From the NCBI GenBank assembly GCA_963711835.1, contig CAVQFQ010000005.1:224001-288000 (forward strand): DNA of 64,000 nucleotides, read 5' to 3'. The stretch is from an uncultured delta proteobacterium (GTDB taxonomy: Bacteria > Desulfobacterota > RBG-13-43-22). This document shows, in pieces, positions 1-11,092 of this stretch (position 1 is the first letter of the stretch; every line of letters begins with the position of its first letter). The position numbers and the translations under genes are program-made. The notes below the pieces were generated by a model, which was not told the DNA's origin, searched no databases, and saw nothing but the letters and a program-made list of their open reading frames with translations.

Positions 1-1
1 C

Positions 2-1129
2 GGCGAAGGGGGCGGGGTCAATGGAAAAAAGATCAAATGGTACCTCGAGGACTTTCGCTACGACCCCACCGTGGAGGTCGCCAATTTCAACAAGTACGCT
101 GCCGAGCACAGCAAGGATGAATTCATCCTGGCCACCGGCTATATTACCGGCGGCCTGAAGCCGCTGATCGACAAGGTCAACAAGGAACAGAAGATCCCCT
201 GGATTGAGGGCTCCTATTCCACGGAGATCTTCGGCGACCAGGGCGGGCCATCCAAATACCCCTATTACTACTCCCTGGGCGCCACCTACGGCGATCAGGT
301 CATGATCCTGATGAAGTGGATCAAGGAAAACTACAAGGGGGAGGGCAAAGCCAAGGTCGGTTTTGTCTACAGCCCTACGGCCTGGGGCAGGGACGGGACC
401 CCCGAGGGGATCGCCTATGCCAAGAAGATCGGCCTGGAGGTGGTGGCCGAGATCGAGTATCCCTACACGGCCACTGACGCCACCAACGAGTGCATGCAAC
501 TCCGGAAGGCCAAGGCCCAGTATGTGGTCTACCACGGCTATTCCGGGGCCGCCCGCCATACCGCCATTTTCTTCAAAACGGCCAAGAAGATCCTCAAGGA
601 CGTTCAGCTCATGGGCACCCATTACACCACCGGAAGGATGCCCATCCTGTCCTGCCAGGAGGCCTATGACGGATACATCGGGGTGGCCACCCGGCCTTTT
701 CTGGATGCCGTACCCCGGTCCCAGACCCCTATGGACAACCCCATGGTCAAACTCGCCCATCAATTTGCCCAGAAGTACCGGCCTGAGGAATACAAGAGGG
801 GCGTACAAGAGAAGGATTCCATCAAGGACATGTTCCTTTACACGGAAGGACTCCTTTATGCCCTGTTGATCCAAAAGGTCCTGACCGATGCCGACAAGGC
901 CGGCAACCTGACCCGGGAGGGGGTCAATAAGGCCCTGGACAACTTGGTCTGGGACTTCAAGGGCATGTTTAGGGGAAAGAAGTTTGCCTACAAGAAGACC
1001 CATACCATACCCATGATGCAAATGTTCAAGGCCAACGTCAAGATGGTCAAGATGGGCGAGGCCATGGTTCCTACAGGCGCTGTGGTCCCTATCAGCGACT
1101 GGATCAATAGCGACGAAGTCAAGTGGTAG
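2..1129 (+). CDS. Liv/HAAT-type ABC transporter substrate-binding protein, 5' end outside the window
   Basis: Frame open from base 2 (GGVNGKKIKWYLEDFRYDP, typical of this SBP family) to TAG 1129; followed by livH/F/G/M-type genes. Confidence 0.85.
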   Translation, partial: GEGGGVNGKKIKWYLEDFRYDPTVEVANFNKYAAEHSKDEFILATGYITGGLKPLIDKVNKEQKIPWIEGSYSTEIFGDQGGPSKYPYYYSLGATYGDQVMILMKWIKENYKGEGKAKVGFVYSPTAWGRDGTPEGIAYAKKIGLEVVAEIEYPYTATDATNECMQLRKAKAQYVVYHGYSGAARHTAIFFKTAKKILKDVQLMGTHYTTGRMPILSCQEAYDGYIGVATRPFLDAVPRSQTPMDNPMVKLAHQFAQKYRPEEYKRGVQEKDSIKDMFLYTEGLLYALLIQKVLTDADKAGNLTREGVNKALDNLVWDFKGMFRGKKFAYKKTHTIPMMQMFKANVKMVKMGEAMVPTGAVVPISDWINSDEVKW

Positions 1130-1148
1130 TCTAAACCAACCCATCTGA

Positions 1149-1199
1149 AAATCACCCGCTTTATCCCTCCTTTGACAAAGGGGGGGTGAGCGGGGATTT
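1149..1199. repeat. REP-like palindromic hairpin (CCTCCTTTG/CAAAGGGGG core)
   Basis: aaatcacccgct...ccctcctttg-a-caaagggggg...agcggggattt; related copy at 46765-46810. Confidence 0.6.
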
Positions 1200-1250
1200 A
1201 TTAAGCCTTTCTTTGATGAAATAGGATAATCCATTTTCCCGGAGGTCTTC

Positions 1251-2135
1251 ATGACCGATATTCTTCAGACATTGGGTTCGGGAGTCCTGGTCGGCCTGGT
1301 CTATGCATTGCTGGGTCTGTGCATTGTCATCATATTTAAAGCCTCTGAGGCCTTTAACTTTGCCATAGGCGAATTTCTGGTCATCGGTTCCTTTCTTTTC
1401 TACATCCTGTTTTTTGATCTCCATATCCCTCTCCTGGTTGCCCTGCCTCTGGGACTGTTGGCCGCCGCCCTGGCCGGGGCCATTATCGAACGTCTGACCA
1501 TCAAGCCCTTGCTGGGACGGTCCCCCATCTCCATGACCATCGTCACTCTGGGGCTCGGGTTTTTCCTGAGGGCTTGCCTACAACTCATCTTCGGGTCCTC
1601 CAGCTATTCCTTTTTTCTGAACCTGCCTGATATTTCCCTGGAGGCCGGGAACCTCCTTTTCCTGTCCGATCCCATCTGGGCCGGGATCCTATCCCTGGCC
1701 ACCTTTGGGCTGGTCATGTTTCTCCTCTTTCGGACCCGCTGGGGACTGGCCATCCGGGCCACCTCTGAAAACCAGGCCAAGGCCATGGCCTTTGGAATCA
1801 ATGCCCGATTTATCCTCTTGATTGTCTGGGCTTTAAGCTCGGCCTGTATAGCCGTGGCCGGGATCATGATCTCAAACTTCGGGGCCCTGTCCACCATGTC
1901 CTCCATCGTCGGCCTGAGGGCCATTCCGGTGGTCCTGATCGGCGGGATGGACAGCATCGGAGGCGCCCTGATCGGCGGTATTATCGTCGGTGTCTGTGAG
2001 TCCCTGGTCGGAACCTATCTGGAACCCCTGGGCCTGATAGGCTTCAAGGATGTGGCGCCCTACATCCTTTTGCTGATTGTGCTGCTGATCCGGCCTTACG
2101 GCCTTTTCGGCACGGTCCGAATCGAGAGAGTCTAA
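1251..2135 (+). CDS. livH: branched-chain amino acid-type ABC permease (LivH-like)
   Basis: Hydrophobic 294 aa; FNFAIGEF, GLAIRATSEN, VLIGGMDS and RPYGLFG motifs. Confidence 0.85.
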   Translation: MTDILQTLGSGVLVGLVYALLGLCIVIIFKASEAFNFAIGEFLVIGSFLFYILFFDLHIPLLVALPLGLLAAALAGAIIERLTIKPLLGRSPISMTIVTLGLGFFLRACLQLIFGSSSYSFFLNLPDISLEAGNLLFLSDPIWAGILSLATFGLVMFLLFRTRWGLAIRATSENQAKAMAFGINARFILLIVWALSSACIAVAGIMISNFGALSTMSSIVGLRAIPVVLIGGMDSIGGALIGGIIVGVCESLVGTYLEPLGLIGFKDVAPYILLLIVLLIRPYGLFGTVRIERV

Positions 2136-2137
2136 CT

Positions 2138-2924
2138 ATGTTAGCCATTGAAAACCTGAGGGTCGTTTACCACGATGTCATCTCCGTCCTGAACGGGATA
2201 TCGCTCACGGTCCAGGAAGGTGAGATCCTCATCATTATCGGGGCCAACGGGGCCGGCAAGACCACCCTGCTTCGGACTGTGGCCGGGATGATCGATTTCT
2301 ATGACGGCGATATCATCGAAGGGGACATCAAGGTGGGACGGGGCCTCCATTAAGGGGCTGGATGCCACCGACATCATGAAGCGCTATAGACTCACCTACG
2401 TCATGGAGGATCGGCCGGTCTTCTGGTACCTGACCGTTGAAGAAAACCTTGGAGCGGCCTCCTTCTCCAGATGGGATAAACAGGTCAAGACCGATATGGA
2501 GAGGGTCTACGATTATTTCCCTACGCTCGGGGCGCTGCGGCACAAGAAGGCCGGCTACGCCTCGGGCGGTGAGCAGCAGATGCTGGCTATCGGCATGGCC
2601 TTGATGACCAAACCCAAGATCCTCCTCTTAGATGAACCGTCCCTGGGACTGGCCCCCCTTATCACCGAGGAGCTCTTCAGGATCATCAAGCAGCTTAACG
2701 ACTCCGGTATCAGCATTGTACTGGTGGAGCAGAATGCCCACGCCGCCCTCGATATCGGCACCAGGGGCTACGTGATCGAACTGGGCCGCATCGTTCTTGA
2801 GGGAAAGGCCGAAGACCTCATAACCAACAAGGATGTACGCGAATTCTACCTGGGCTCGGGAGAGAAGAAACGAAAGAGCTACCGGGACGCCAAACGATAC
2901 AAGAGGCGAAAGCGATGGCTGTAG
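2138..2924 (+). CDS. livF: ABC ATP-binding protein (LivF-like), split by one frameshift near 2333
   Basis: Walker A GANGAGKTT in ORF 2138-2353; SGGEQQM and LLLDEPSLGLAP in ORF 2301-2924. Confidence 0.85.
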
Positions 2925-3712
2925 AAACAACGACCGGGCCTGAGATCCTGGTGATCAAGGGCGTGAAGCTTTCATTTGGCGGTTTGCAGATCCTTAACGA
3001 GATTGACCTTTCCGTTCATCGGGGGGAGATCTTCTGCATCATCGGCCCAAACGGCGCCGGTAAGACGAGTCTGCTCAATTGCATCAATGCCCACTACCGG
3101 CCTCAAGCAGGTAAAATCCTTTTTGAAGGAAAGGATATCACCTCCCTGCAACCCCACCAGGTAGCCGGCCTGGGCATAGCCAGGACCTTTCAGAAGGTTG
3201 AGCTCTTTCAGGGTATGACCGTGCTGGACAACATCAAGCTGGGCCGTCACGGCCTGATGAAGTTCTCTCTCCTGGGAAGTTTTTTCAGGCTCCCCCCTAT
3301 AGTCCGCGATGAGATGATCCACCGAAAAGAGATCGAAGAGGAGATCATAGATTTCATGGGCCTGTCGAGTTTCCGTTACTCTCCGGTGGGGATCCTCCCG
3401 CTTGGGGTTCGCAAGCGGGTGGATATGGCCCGCGCCCTGGCCATGAGGCCCAGGATCCTTCTCCTGGATGAGATCATGTCGGGAATGGCGGTTGAGGAAA
3501 AAGAGGATGTCGCCAGCTACATACTGGATGTTCAGCGGGACATGGGGGTGACCATCGTCTGGATAGAACACGATTTGGCTGCTGTCATGGACCTCTCGGA
3601 TCGGGTCTGCGTCCTCAGCTTCGGGACCAAGATCGCCGAAGGGTTGCCGGAAGAGGTCCAGAAAGATCCCCGGGTGATCGAGGCCTATCTCGGAAGGCAG
3701 AAGGAGGCCTAA
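2915..3712 (+). CDS. livG: ABC ATP-binding protein (LivG-like)
   Basis: GPNGAGKTS, GIARTFQ, LLLDE, IEHD and VIEAYLG motifs. Confidence 0.9.
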   Translation: MAVETTTGPEILVIKGVKLSFGGLQILNEIDLSVHRGEIFCIIGPNGAGKTSLLNCINAHYRPQAGKILFEGKDITSLQPHQVAGLGIARTFQKVELFQGMTVLDNIKLGRHGLMKFSLLGSFFRLPPIVRDEMIHRKEIEEEIIDFMGLSSFRYSPVGILPLGVRKRVDMARALAMRPRILLLDEIMSGMAVEEKEDVASYILDVQRDMGVTIVWIEHDLAAVMDLSDRVCVLSFGTKIAEGLPEEVQKDPRVIEAYLGRQKEA

Positions 3713-5633
3713 TGGAACCTATGCTTGAGCATAACTTGATCGGCCTCATTGTCAAGAACGCGGCCGAGATGCCGGATGAGGTCGCCATCCGGGAGAAGCG
3801 CTTCGGGGTCTGGAGTCCTATAACCTGGGCCCAGTTCCAGGAAAAGGTCCAACGCTTTGCCCTGGGCCTGCTGGCCCTGGGCTTTCGGGCCGGACCAGAC
3901 GCTGGCCATCATCGGCGATAACAAGCCGGAATGGATCATCGCCGAATTCGGTGCCATGGCCGCCGGAGGACTCCCCACCGGAGCTTATCCGGACAGCCTG
4001 CCGGAGGAGATGGAATATCTGATCTCCTATGCTGAGGCCCGATTCCTGGTCTTGAGGGACCAGGAGCAGGCAGACAAGATTATTGCTATCTGGGAAGGGA
4101 TAAGGAATAAGGTGGCCAAGGTGATCGTCTGGGACTCCAGGGGGATGAGCCATTACTATAAGGAGTACCCCTTCCTGATGCGCTTTGAGGAGGTACTGGA
4201 GATCGGCGCCAGGGAGGAGGCCGCTGGCAAGAAGGATTATTTAGAAAAAAGGGCCAAGGAAATAGATCCTTCCAAACCGGCCATTATGCTGACGACCTCC
4301 GGGACCACGGCCAAGCCAAAGCTTTCTATCCTCAGCCACGAAAACCTCATCTTTGCCTCTGAGAGCTACGGCCAGGTGGTCCGAATGAACAAGGGGGATG
4401 AACTCCTCTCGGCCGCACCCCTGTCCTGGATTGGGGAACAGCTTTACAACGTCGCCCGCTTCCTGACGGTCGGGGCCCATTACAACTTCCCGGAAGAGAC
4501 CGAGACCCTCCGAAAGGATCTCCTGGAGCTCCAGCCCTATTATTTCGGTGGCACGCCCATTGTCTGGGAACTGATCATATCCACCATCCAGGCCGCCATG
4601 GACAATGCCGATTTTTTCAAGCGCTATTGCTACGGCCTGGCCATAAAGTCCGCTTTAAAGAAGACTGAGGCCGAGCTGGCCGGTGAACGGCCCGGCGTCT
4701 GGAGCAGGATGATCCACCCCCTGGCCAACTTCTTGGTGATTCGTCCCCTGAAGAACAAGGTCGGGCTGGGACGGGTCAGGATGGCCATTACGGGTGGAGG
4801 CGCCATCTCCCCCGAGGTCTTCAAATACTTCAAGGCCCTGGGGCTTGATCTTCGCCAGGTGTTCGGTCAGTCGGAGTGTGCCGGGATTGCCACCACCCAC
4901 AGGGAAGACGATGTCAGACCGGAGACCGTCGGGGTGGCCATTCCCGGGAGTGGAGGTGAAGCTCTCCGAAGAGGGGGAGATCCTGGTCCGGGGAAAGAAC
5001 ACCCATGTCGGTTACTATAAAAACGATAAGGCCACCCGGGAAGGCTACACGGAGGACGGCTTTCTCCGGACCGGGGATGCCGGGTATTTTGGTGAGGATG
5101 GCCATCTCTATGTCTTTGACCGGGCCAAGGACGTCATGACCCTGGAAGACGGCACCCGGTTTGCTCCCCAGGATATTGAGACCCGCCTGAAATTCAGTCC
5201 TTACATCCATGAGGCCATGGTCTGCGGGGCCGGAAGGCCGTCGGTAACCGCCATTGTCAGTATTGCTCTTGAGAATGTGGGAAACTGGGCCAAAAAGAGA
5301 GGCATGTCCTATACCACTATCCAGGACCTGGCCCAGAGACGGGAGGTCTATGAGCTGATCCGAAACGAGATAGCCAAGATCTGTAAACGCTTTCCTGAAA
5401 ACATAAGGATCAAACGTTTCGCCATACTCCTTAAGGCCCTCCACCCGGATGACGGAGAACTGACCAGGACCAGGAAGGTCAGAAGGGCCTTTGTAAACGA
5501 AAGGTACCAGGCCCTTATCGAAGACCTCTACCGCGCCACAGACAGGCATGACCTGGATATCGAGATACGTTACGAGGACGGTCGCATTTCAACCTTTAAA
5601 GGGATTGTTGCCATAGAGGAGATAGCAGAGTGA
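3712..5633 (+). CDS. long-chain acyl-CoA synthetase (AMP-binding), two frameshifts (about 3886 and 4948)
   Basis: Joined ORFs 3712-3921, 3857-5020 and 4794-5633: TSGTTAKPK, FGQSE, LRTGDAG, GELTRTRKVRR. Confidence 0.85.
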
Positions 5634-6733
5634 GATCCTTGTCCGAGCTCTATAATGACTATTTTTCTTCTTCCGCCGTATTCAGCTACCGGGAAGATGA
5701 GAGGATCTTTCGGACCCGCTTTAAGAGGGCCTGGTTTGTCATTTTCCTCATCCTGGTGGGTTTGATGTCTTTAGGTTCAACCGTGGGTGGTGGTGCCAAT
5801 GAATATCACTACTTTATCATGAATCTGATCCTGATAAACCTCATCTCCGCCCTGGGATTGAATCTCCTGGTAGGCTTTACCGGACTCCTTTCCCTGGGTC
5901 ATGCCGCCTTTATGGGAGTCGGCGCCTACACCTCAGCCCTGCTTATTACCAAATTCGGGATTCCCTTTGGCCTGTCCATTGTCTTCGCCGGCCTGGTGGC
6001 CGCCCTGTTTGGAATCATCGTGGGTACCCCTTCGCTCCGGATCAAGGGCTTCTATCTGATGGTGGCCACCCTGGCCTTCCAGTTTGTGATTGATTATATC
6101 ATCATCCACTGGGACGGGGTCACCAGGGGCATCAGGGGGATCGAGCTCCCGACCCCCTATTTTCTCGGGATTTCTCTTGAGAAAAACCAGGCCTACTTCT
6201 TATTCCTATTTGTCCTGGCCCTTATCCTCATGTGGGGGGCCAAGAACATCACCCGGTCCAAGATCGGTCGGGCCTTTGTGGCCATCCGGGATAATGACGT
6301 CTCGGCCGAGATCATCGGCATATCCATCTTCCGCTACAAGCTCTTAGCCTTTGCCATCGGGTCGTTTTATGCCGGCGTGGCCGGGGCCCTGTTTGCCGGG
6401 CTCCTCCGGACTGCGATTCCGGGCGACTACACCTTCCTCCACTCCATTATTGTCCTGGCCATGGTCCTGGTGGGAGGTCTGGGAAGGCTGGTGGGCACGG
6501 TCTTTGGAGTCATCTTTGTGACCTTTGTGCCGGTCTTTCTCGATCAGGTCGTGAGTATCTGGCTCAGGTCTATGACCCGAACATCACCATTCTTCTTGGG
6601 CCCATGAAAGAGTTGGTCTTCGGCGGCCTGATTATACTATTTATCATTTTTGAGCCGGAAGGGATTGTCGGGGACCTGGATCAAGTTGAGGGACTATTTC
6701 CGGATCTGGCCGCTGCCCTATATCTCGGAATGA
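5630..6733 (+). CDS. livM: ABC permease (LivM-like), C-terminus frameshifted
   Basis: GLLSLGHAAF, LRIKGFYL and AIRDND; C-terminal IFEPEGIV and WPLPYISE* lie in other frames, TGA at 6731-6733. Confidence 0.8.
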
Positions 6734-6789
6734 GCGTAAAGGACCCATTTGTTAAATTGTCCCAATTTTTCTTATGAGGGGAACCGGTT

Positions 6790-8324
6790 ATGAGCCTTCG
6801 TGACTTCACCGTTTATGATGTTATCTGCAGACAACGCCCAGATCTATCCCAAAAGGATGCCATAGTCTTTAAGGATGATCCGCCTGACCCACAGGCAGTT
6901 CAAGGAAAAGTGTGACCGTCTGGCGACCGGTCTACTGGCCGCAGGCATCCGGAAGGGTGACCGACTGGGAGTGGTCGCCCAGAATTGTGATGAATTCATG
7001 ATTCTTTACGGCGCAGCCTCCAAGATAGGCGCGATTGTGCTCCCGATAAACTGGCGCTTTCAGCAGGACGAGGTGGAATTTGTGCTCAATGATTGCACCC
7101 CAAGGTTGGTCTTTGCCGGCCCTGAATACCGGCCCATGGTGGGGGATATATCCAGCGGCTCACGTCCGTCGAAGGGTGCTATGCCATCGGCGGCGGGGAC
7201 GCGCCCGCCGGCTTCAGGGCTTTTGAGGAGCTCTTTACTCTGGCGGCGGCAACCAAGAGGAATGCGACCTGCCGGCCGAAACCGGATTTGTCATCATCCA
7301 CACGGCGGCGGGTAGCGGGCAGACCCGGGGCGCCCTCCTGAGCCAGTCCAATGTCGTTCATGCCAATCTGCAGCTCATGCTGGGTAACGATGGCTTGGGC
7401 CCGATGACTGCTTTATCTGTATCCTGCCTCTTTTCCACATAGCCGCCCTGTCCATGGCCATGGCCGTGATGCAGGCCGGCGGAAAGAACGTGATTGTGGA
7501 GCGTTTTGATCCGGAACTTATCTTAGATCTTATCCAGAGCGAAAGAGGCACGACCCTGTTCCATTTTGCCCCTATCCTCCAGATGCTTGCCGATAAATAC
7601 GAGGAAAAGGGCCGATCCCATGATCTTTCTTCTCTGCGTAATGTCGGAGGTCTTGACAGCCCTGACAACATCTTTCGATTCAAGGAGTTGGTACCCGAGG
7701 CGAGGTTCTCGACCGGGTATGCGCAGACAGAGGCCCTGCCTGTAACCGGAGGGCTCATGGAGGAAAGACTGGGGAGCGCCGGGAGACCTTCTCCTCTTGA
7801 CGAGGGTGGCCCTTTTCGACGATTACGACCAGGAAGTCCCGGTCGGGACGCCGGGCGAGATATGCGTCCGTTCCCCGGTGGTCTTCCTGGGTTATTGGGG
7901 TCTGGACGAAGAGACGGCCTATACCCTTCGAAACGGCTGGCACCATACCGGCGACATCGGCCGTTTTGATGAAGACGGCTACCTCTGGTACGTAAAGAGA
8001 AAGGCGGAGAAAGAGCTTATAAAGCCCGGGGGCGAGAATGTCTACCCGATAGAGGTGGAAAAGACGATTCTGACCCATGAGGCGGTTGCGGAGGTCAGTG
8101 TCATCGGCGTGCCTGATCAAAAGTGGGGCGAAGCCATAAAGGCCGTCTGCGTGCTTAGGCCCGGGAAGTCCCTGGAGGCCCGGGAACTGATTGATTTTGT
8201 GGCCGGTAAAATTGCCCGCTATAAGAAACCCCAATATGTGGTCTTTGTAGACTCCCTTCCCAAAACAGCCAATGGCGAAATTGACCGGGACCAGGTTAAA
8301 AAAGAGCAGGGAGGAAAGTACTAA
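6790..8324 (+). CDS. acyl-CoA ligase (AMP-binding), several frameshifts
   Basis: ATG 6790 after GAGGGG; fragments carry LPINWR, GYAQTE, GWHHTGDIG, KPGGENVYP and LPKTANGEIDR. Confidence 0.8.
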
Positions 8325-8344
8325 CCAAAGATACCTGAAGAAAT

Positions 8345-8370
8345 GGTGTAGGGGGGTCCCCCCCTACACC
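8345..8370. terminator. strong hairpin after the ABC/ligase operon
   Basis: ggtgtagggggg-tc-cccccctacacc inverted repeat. Confidence 0.55.
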
Positions 8371-8421
8371 TGATTTTGGGAAATTAGAGATAAATTCTCA
8401 GACTAAAGCGACTAACAACGG

Positions 8422-9543
8422 ATGATCATCGGCGCCCCCAGGGAAATTAAAAATCACGAGTACCGTGTCGGTCTGGTGCCGTCCGGGGTCAGAATCCTGG
8501 TCCAGGCCGGGCATGCGGTTTATGTTCAGGCCGGGGCAGGCCAAGGGGCCGGTATCGAGGATGAAGAATTTATCGGGGCCGGGGCCGTCATCCTGAAAAC
8601 GGCCCCAGAGATTTTCGCCAAAGCCGAGATGATCATTAAGGTCAAGGAACCGCTGCCGGAAGAGGTCCCCTTGCTCAGAGAAGGCCAGATCCTTTTTACC
8701 TATCTCCATCTGGCCCCGGCCCCTGACCTGACCCGGGCCCTATTGGAGCGGAAGGTCATCGGCGTAGCCTACGAAACCATTCAACTCGACGACGGCTCCC
8801 TGCCTTTGCTGACCCCCATGAGCGTGGTGGCCGGCCGCATGGCTGTTCAGGTGGGGGCCCACTATCTGGAAAAAGAATTCGGCGGGCGGGGGGTTCTCTT
8901 AGGCGGGGTCCCCGGGGTGGCCCGCGGCAAAGTCCTTATTCTCGGAGCAGGCACGGTCGGCACCAGCGCCGCCAAGATCGCCATCGGACTGGGGGCCTAT
9001 GTGACTATCCTGGATAACAATGCCCAGCGCCTGATGGTCCTGGATGATATCTTCGGCACCCGCATCAACACCCTCATGTCCAATCACGACAATATCGCCC
9101 ATTCCGTCCGGGATGCCCATCTGGTTGTCGGGGCCGTTCTGATTCCCGGGGCCAAGACCCCCAAACTGGTCACCCGTGAAATGATTAAAACCATGAAAAA
9201 GGGGACGGTCATCATTGATGTTTCCGTGGACCAGGGAGGCTGCTGCGAAACCACCCGGCCCACCACCCACGAAGATCCCATCTACCTGGTGGATGGGGTC
9301 ATTCACTACGGGGTAACCAACATGCCGGCAGCCGTGGCCCGTACTTCGACCTTTGCCCTGACCAACATCACCCTGCCCTATGCCCTGCAATTGGCCAACA
9401 AGGGTTTTCATCAAGCCGTGATCGAGGATCCCGCCCTGGCCAGAGGGGTAAACCTCTATCTCGGGCAAGTCACCTGTGAAAATGTCGCCCGTGACCTTTC
9501 CTACTCTTTGACCCCCCTAAAATCCGTCTGCCACTTCCCGTAG
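8422..9543 (+). CDS. ald: alanine dehydrogenase
   Basis: [37 protein letters not shown] and [11 protein letters not shown] motifs. Confidence 0.95.
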   Translation: MIIGAPREIKNHEYRVGLVPSGVRILVQAGHAVYVQAGAGQGAGIEDEEFIGAGAVILKTAPEIFAKAEMIIKVKEPLPEEVPLLREGQILFTYLHLAPAPDLTRALLERKVIGVAYETIQLDDGSLPLLTPMSVVAGRMAVQVGAHYLEKEFGGRGVLLGGVPGVARGKVLILGAGTVGTSAAKIAIGLGAYVTILDNNAQRLMVLDDIFGTRINTLMSNHDNIAHSVRDAHLVVGAVLIPGAKTPKLVTREMIKTMKKGTVIIDVSVDQGGCCETTRPTTHEDPIYLVDGVIHYGVTNMPAAVARTSTFALTNITLPYALQLANKGFHQAVIEDPALARGVNLYLGQVTCENVARDLSYSLTPLKSVCHFP

Positions 9544-9667
9544 AATTTTTTTCACTGCCTCCGATTAGGTTCAAGCCGGTCAACCATTTCTTCCTGTACT
9601 CTTCAAACCTTCATTTTGAATAAAACGGAAGAGTAACGATAATCAATAGAAAGGAACTTGAAATTTA

Positions 9668-9800
9668 TTGACTTTTTGGCTATTAAGGTGTAGGAAATCT
9701 AAAGAAAGTTAACCAAAGTTTGTTGGCAACCTTTATCAAAGGAGTGTCGATGAAAGAATAATAGACCCCATTTCTCAATAGAGAGGTGGGGTTTTTTGTT
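9668..9800 (+). promoter_or_regulatory. putative promoter plus structured leader ending in an intrinsic terminator (attenuator/riboswitch candidate)
   Basis: TTGACT at 9668; hairpin 9721-9752; terminator accccatttctc/gagaggtggggt plus T-run (9765-9800) just before the kinase gene. Confidence 0.5.
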
Positions 9801-9816
9801 ATAATCATAGCATCTA

Positions 9817-11091
9817 ATGGGTGACCTTATGAAAGATGATGATAAGACAAGAGAGCAACTCGTACATGAACTATCGGAATTGCGCTCGCAAAATGCCACG
9901 CTGGAAAAATCAATAACCGGAAATAGGTCGGATGAGCTTGCAGTCGAGGAGGCCCGCCGCTACGCCGAGAGCATCATCGACACCGTGCCACGACCCTTAA
10001 TCGCTTTGGATCAAGATTTAAGGGTGGTCTCCGTCAGCCGTTCCTTCTATGAATTCTTTAAGGTAAAATCTGAGGAGACCGTGGGACAGCTTATCTATGA
10101 CCTGGGCAATAAACAGTGGGATATCCCCAAGCTGCGGGAATTGCTGGAAACCATCCTTCCCCAAAAAACAACCTTTGATAACTATGAGGTTGAACACGAT
10201 TTTGCTTCCATTGGCAGGCGCACAATGCTTTTGAATGCCCGGCAGATTCAAAGAGTGTGGGGAAAGGAACGGATCATCCTCCTGGCCGTCGAGGACATCA
10301 CCGAGCGCAGGGAGATAGAAAATGGTCTAAAAAAAGCCCATGAAGAGTTAAAGGAGTTGGCCACCGAGTTAAAACGTACCGCTCAGGTAAAATCTGAATT
10401 CTTGGCCAACATGTCGCATGAACTCAGGACCCCGCTTAACTCCATTAACGGTTTCTCTGAGGTATTATACGACGAGACTTTCGGACCGCTTAATGAAAAG
10501 CAGAAGAAATACGTTAATAATGTTTTAACCAGCGGGAGGCACCTACTCTTACTGATAAATCAGATACTTGATATGGCAAAAGTTGAAGCCGGAAAGATGA
10601 AGCTGGCAATATCCAGCTTACCCATGAAAAGCCTATTAAATGAGATTTCACTGCTGGTAGCGGATATGGTCAGCAAAAAGAAGATTGAAATGTTGCTTGA
10701 AATAGCCGAAGATCTGCCGAATATTGAGGCGGATGATCTCAAGGTAAAAGAGATAATTTACAACCTGCTTTCAAACGCAGTTAAATTTACCCCCGAGGGT
10801 AGTAAAATTGGCATGCGGGCCTCTACGAGGAAAGCTGATTCCGAGATAGAAATAGTGGTCTGGGATACGGGGGTCGGTATCGCACCTGAAAACATGGGGA
10901 AAATATTTGAAGGGTTTTTCCGTGTCGATACTCCATATTCTCGGGTAACTGAGGGGACCGGACTCGGTTTGCCGCTTTCTAAAAAACTGGTTGAGCTGCA
11001 CGGTGGGAAGCTTTCTGTAGAATCAGAGGGGCTAAATAAAGGCACCTCGGTCCGGTTTACTCTGCCTATTATATCCAGGAGGGTGGTGTGA
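9817..11091 (+). CDS. cytoplasmic PAS sensor histidine kinase
   Basis: FLANMSHELRTPL H-box, NLLSNAVKFT, DTGVGI, GTGLGL; N-terminal PAS; no TM segment. Confidence 0.92.
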   Translation: MGDLMKDDDKTREQLVHELSELRSQNATLEKSITGNRSDELAVEEARRYAESIIDTVPRPLIALDQDLRVVSVSRSFYEFFKVKSEETVGQLIYDLGNKQWDIPKLRELLETILPQKTTFDNYEVEHDFASIGRRTMLLNARQIQRVWGKERIILLAVEDITERREIENGLKKAHEELKELATELKRTAQVKSEFLANMSHELRTPLNSINGFSEVLYDETFGPLNEKQKKYVNNVLTSGRHLLLLINQILDMAKVEAGKMKLAISSLPMKSLLNEISLLVADMVSKKKIEMLLEIAEDLPNIEADDLKVKEIIYNLLSNAVKFTPEGSKIGMRASTRKADSEIEIVVWDTGVGIAPENMGKIFEGFFRVDTPYSRVTEGTGLGLPLSKKLVELHGGKLSVESEGLNKGTSVRFTLPIISRRVV

Positions 11092-11092
11092 G

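Noticed and set aside
2330-2345. Programmed ribosomal frameshift in livF
   Set aside because: No canonical slippery heptamer, and neighbouring genes show many similar indels
9700-9800. c-di-GMP-I (GEMM) riboswitch
   Set aside because: Lacks the GGCAAA...GAAA tetraloop...GACGCAAA consensus despite the HD-GYP context
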